Assembly: GCF_004010195.1 (NCBI RefSeq)
Contig: NC_057750.1
Location: forward strand, 7,322,530-7,386,529
DNA length: 64,000 nucleotides
Direction: 5' to 3'
Source: Chiloscyllium plagiosum
Lineage: Eukaryota
A program made the position numbers and the translations under genes. Every line of letters begins with the position of its first letter. Position 1 is the stretch's first letter. Below the pieces are notes generated by a model. That model made no database searches. It saw only the letters and a list, made by a program, of their open reading frames with translations, and was not told where the DNA came from. Shown here piece by piece: positions 61,970 through 64,000 of this stretch.

Positions 61970-62750
61970 CATAGAACATAGAAAAGTACCTCACAGAATG
62001 TGCCAAGGATTAATCCTAATCTAAAATAAAATAAGCTAATCTACGCACCCCTCAATTCACTGCTATCCATGTGCATGTCTCGTAGTCGCTTATCTGTCCC
62101 TAATGACTCTGCTTCCACCACCACCGCTGGCAACGCATTCCATGCATTCACAACTCTCTGTATAAAGAACCTGCCTCTGACGTCTCCTCTATACCTTCCT
62201 CCTAACACCTTAAAACTATGACCCCTTGTGCCAGTCAATCCATGCCCTGGGGAAAAGTCTCTGGCTATCGACTCTATCTTTGCCTCTCATTACCTTGTAT
62301 ACCTCGATCAGGTCACCTCTCTTCCTCCTCCTCTCCAGAGAGAAAAGTCGGAGCTTAGTCAACTTCTCTTCATAAGACAAGCCTTCCAGTCCAGATAACA
62401 TCATGGTAAGCCTGCTTTGCACCCACTCCAAAGCCTCTGTATCTTTCCTATAGTAAGGTGACCAGAACTGGACACAATATTCCAAATGTGGTCTCACCAG
62501 GGTTTTGTAGAGCTGCAGCAAAACCTCCCAACTCTTAAACTCGATCCCCCTGTCAATGAAATCCAAAACACCATATACTTTCCTAACAACCCTATCCACT
62601 TGGATGGCAAGTTTGAGGGATCTATGCACTTGAACACCAAGTGAACTCCACACTGCCAAGAATCCTGGCTTTAATCCTATATTCAAGTTTGATCTTCCAG
62701 AAAAGAAATGCATTACTTTGCATTTATCTAGGTTGAACTCCATCTGCACT
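61970..62750 (-). mobile_element. CR1 LINE 3' fragment
   Basis: 'QMEFNLDKCKVMHF...LVRPHLEYCVQFWSPYYRKD'. Confidence 0.9.
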
Positions 62751-63444
62751 AGCCCCACTCCCTCATTACAGAGAGAGAGAGAAAGCTGGTGGTGGGTTAA
62801 CCCGAGAGTCACCGCGACCCAGGCAAAGGGACAAGGTGGGAAGCGCAGCTAACACGGGAATCGAGCCCACCCTAGCGGCGTCACTTGCATTGGAAACCAG
62901 CTGTCCAGCCAACTGAGCTAACCACCCGACACAGGTGAGCTTGCAGAGCCCTGGGAACATGATGTGAAATGCACACACAGCAGCTAACCCCAGAGGTGTT
63001 GAGTGAAGTCTACAGATTTGAGTATTGCTGACAACTGATTGCAAATGCGCCCCCATGTTGACGCCGTCACTGTTGACTCTACAGCAGCCTCCATCCTGGT
63101 AGGGGCTGCCACCACGGTGAACAGTGCAGTGCTGCTAGAACTGAGCTCCGGGTCCTGCAGCATGTAGGAGCAGGTTTTGCATTCTGGCTTGCTAATTACC
63201 CGTGACAGTGTGTGAACCGCGCGCCTGCATATCTCCTCAGAATGTTGCTGAGCTTGTCTACCTGCTTTCAAACTTCTAGCAATGCCTTAACACTGCCCCT
63301 GCTCCCACTCACCCTCCAGGCTGTTTCTGTGGGACCCTCACTACAAACGTTACAGCACTGGCCATTGTGCATCTCCAATCTGTAGGACCTTAGTCAGTCT
63401 CCATTAGCCGTACAGCTAATGGTATGTGTTACAGATGCTGGTTA

Positions 63445-64000
63445 CAGTCATAGAGATGTACAGCATGGAAACAGACCCTTCGGTCCAACCCGTCCATGCT
63501 GACCATATATCCTAACCTTATCTAGTCCCATTTGCCAGCATTTGGCCTACTCATGTACCCACCCACTTGCCTTTTAAATATTGTGACTTGACCAACCTCC
63601 ACCACTTCCTCTGGCATCTCATTCCTTACCACCTTCTGCGTGAAAAAGTTGTTCCTTAGGTCCCTTTTAAATCCTACCCCTTTCATCTTAAACTTATGCC
63701 TTTGAGTTTTGGACTCCCTTACCCTGGGAAAAAGACTTTGTCTATTCACTCTAACTATACCCCTCATGATTTTATAAACCTTTGTAAGGTTAGTACTCAG
63801 CCTCCGACGCTCCAGGGAAGACAGTCCCAGCCTGTTCAGCCTCTCCCTGTAGCTCAAATCCTCCAACCCTGGCAACATCCTTGTAAATCTTTTCTGAACC
63901 CTTTCAAGTTTCACAACATCTTTCCAAAAGGAGGAAGACCAGAATTGAATGCTGTATTTCAAAAGTGGCCGAACCATTGTCCTGTACAGCCACAACATGA
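63445..64000 (-). mobile_element. HER1 LINE 3' fragment
   Basis: 158-aa ORF2 C-terminal frame. Confidence 0.9.

Overview
Repeat-saturated non-coding vertebrate DNA (intergenic or deep intron). The repeat families point to an elasmobranch, probably a shark: HE1/V-SINE-type SINEs and HER1/CR1-type LINEs dominate. No host protein-coding exon, rRNA, true tRNA or CRISPR array is supportable. Nearly all long ORFs in the track are decayed retroelement frames or SINE translations. Also present are L2, RTE and Rex1/Babar LINE remnants, three further SINE families, solo LTRs, two TA-flanked Tc1/mariner-pogo MITEs, a hAT MITE, minisatellites and a 162-N gap. The most notable signal is about 17 Penelope-like element (PLE) remnants from at least three subfamilies. 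Most carry a minimal type-I hammerhead ribozyme motif (CUGAnGA-A-helix II-GAAA-NN-UH) whose helix II co-varies between subfamilies. Many are ~120-220 bp units that start just 5' of the ribozyme core, several have 11-18 bp target-site duplications, and many are fold-back palindromes centred on the ribozyme. Repeat coordinates are approximate and family names come from recognition, not database search.
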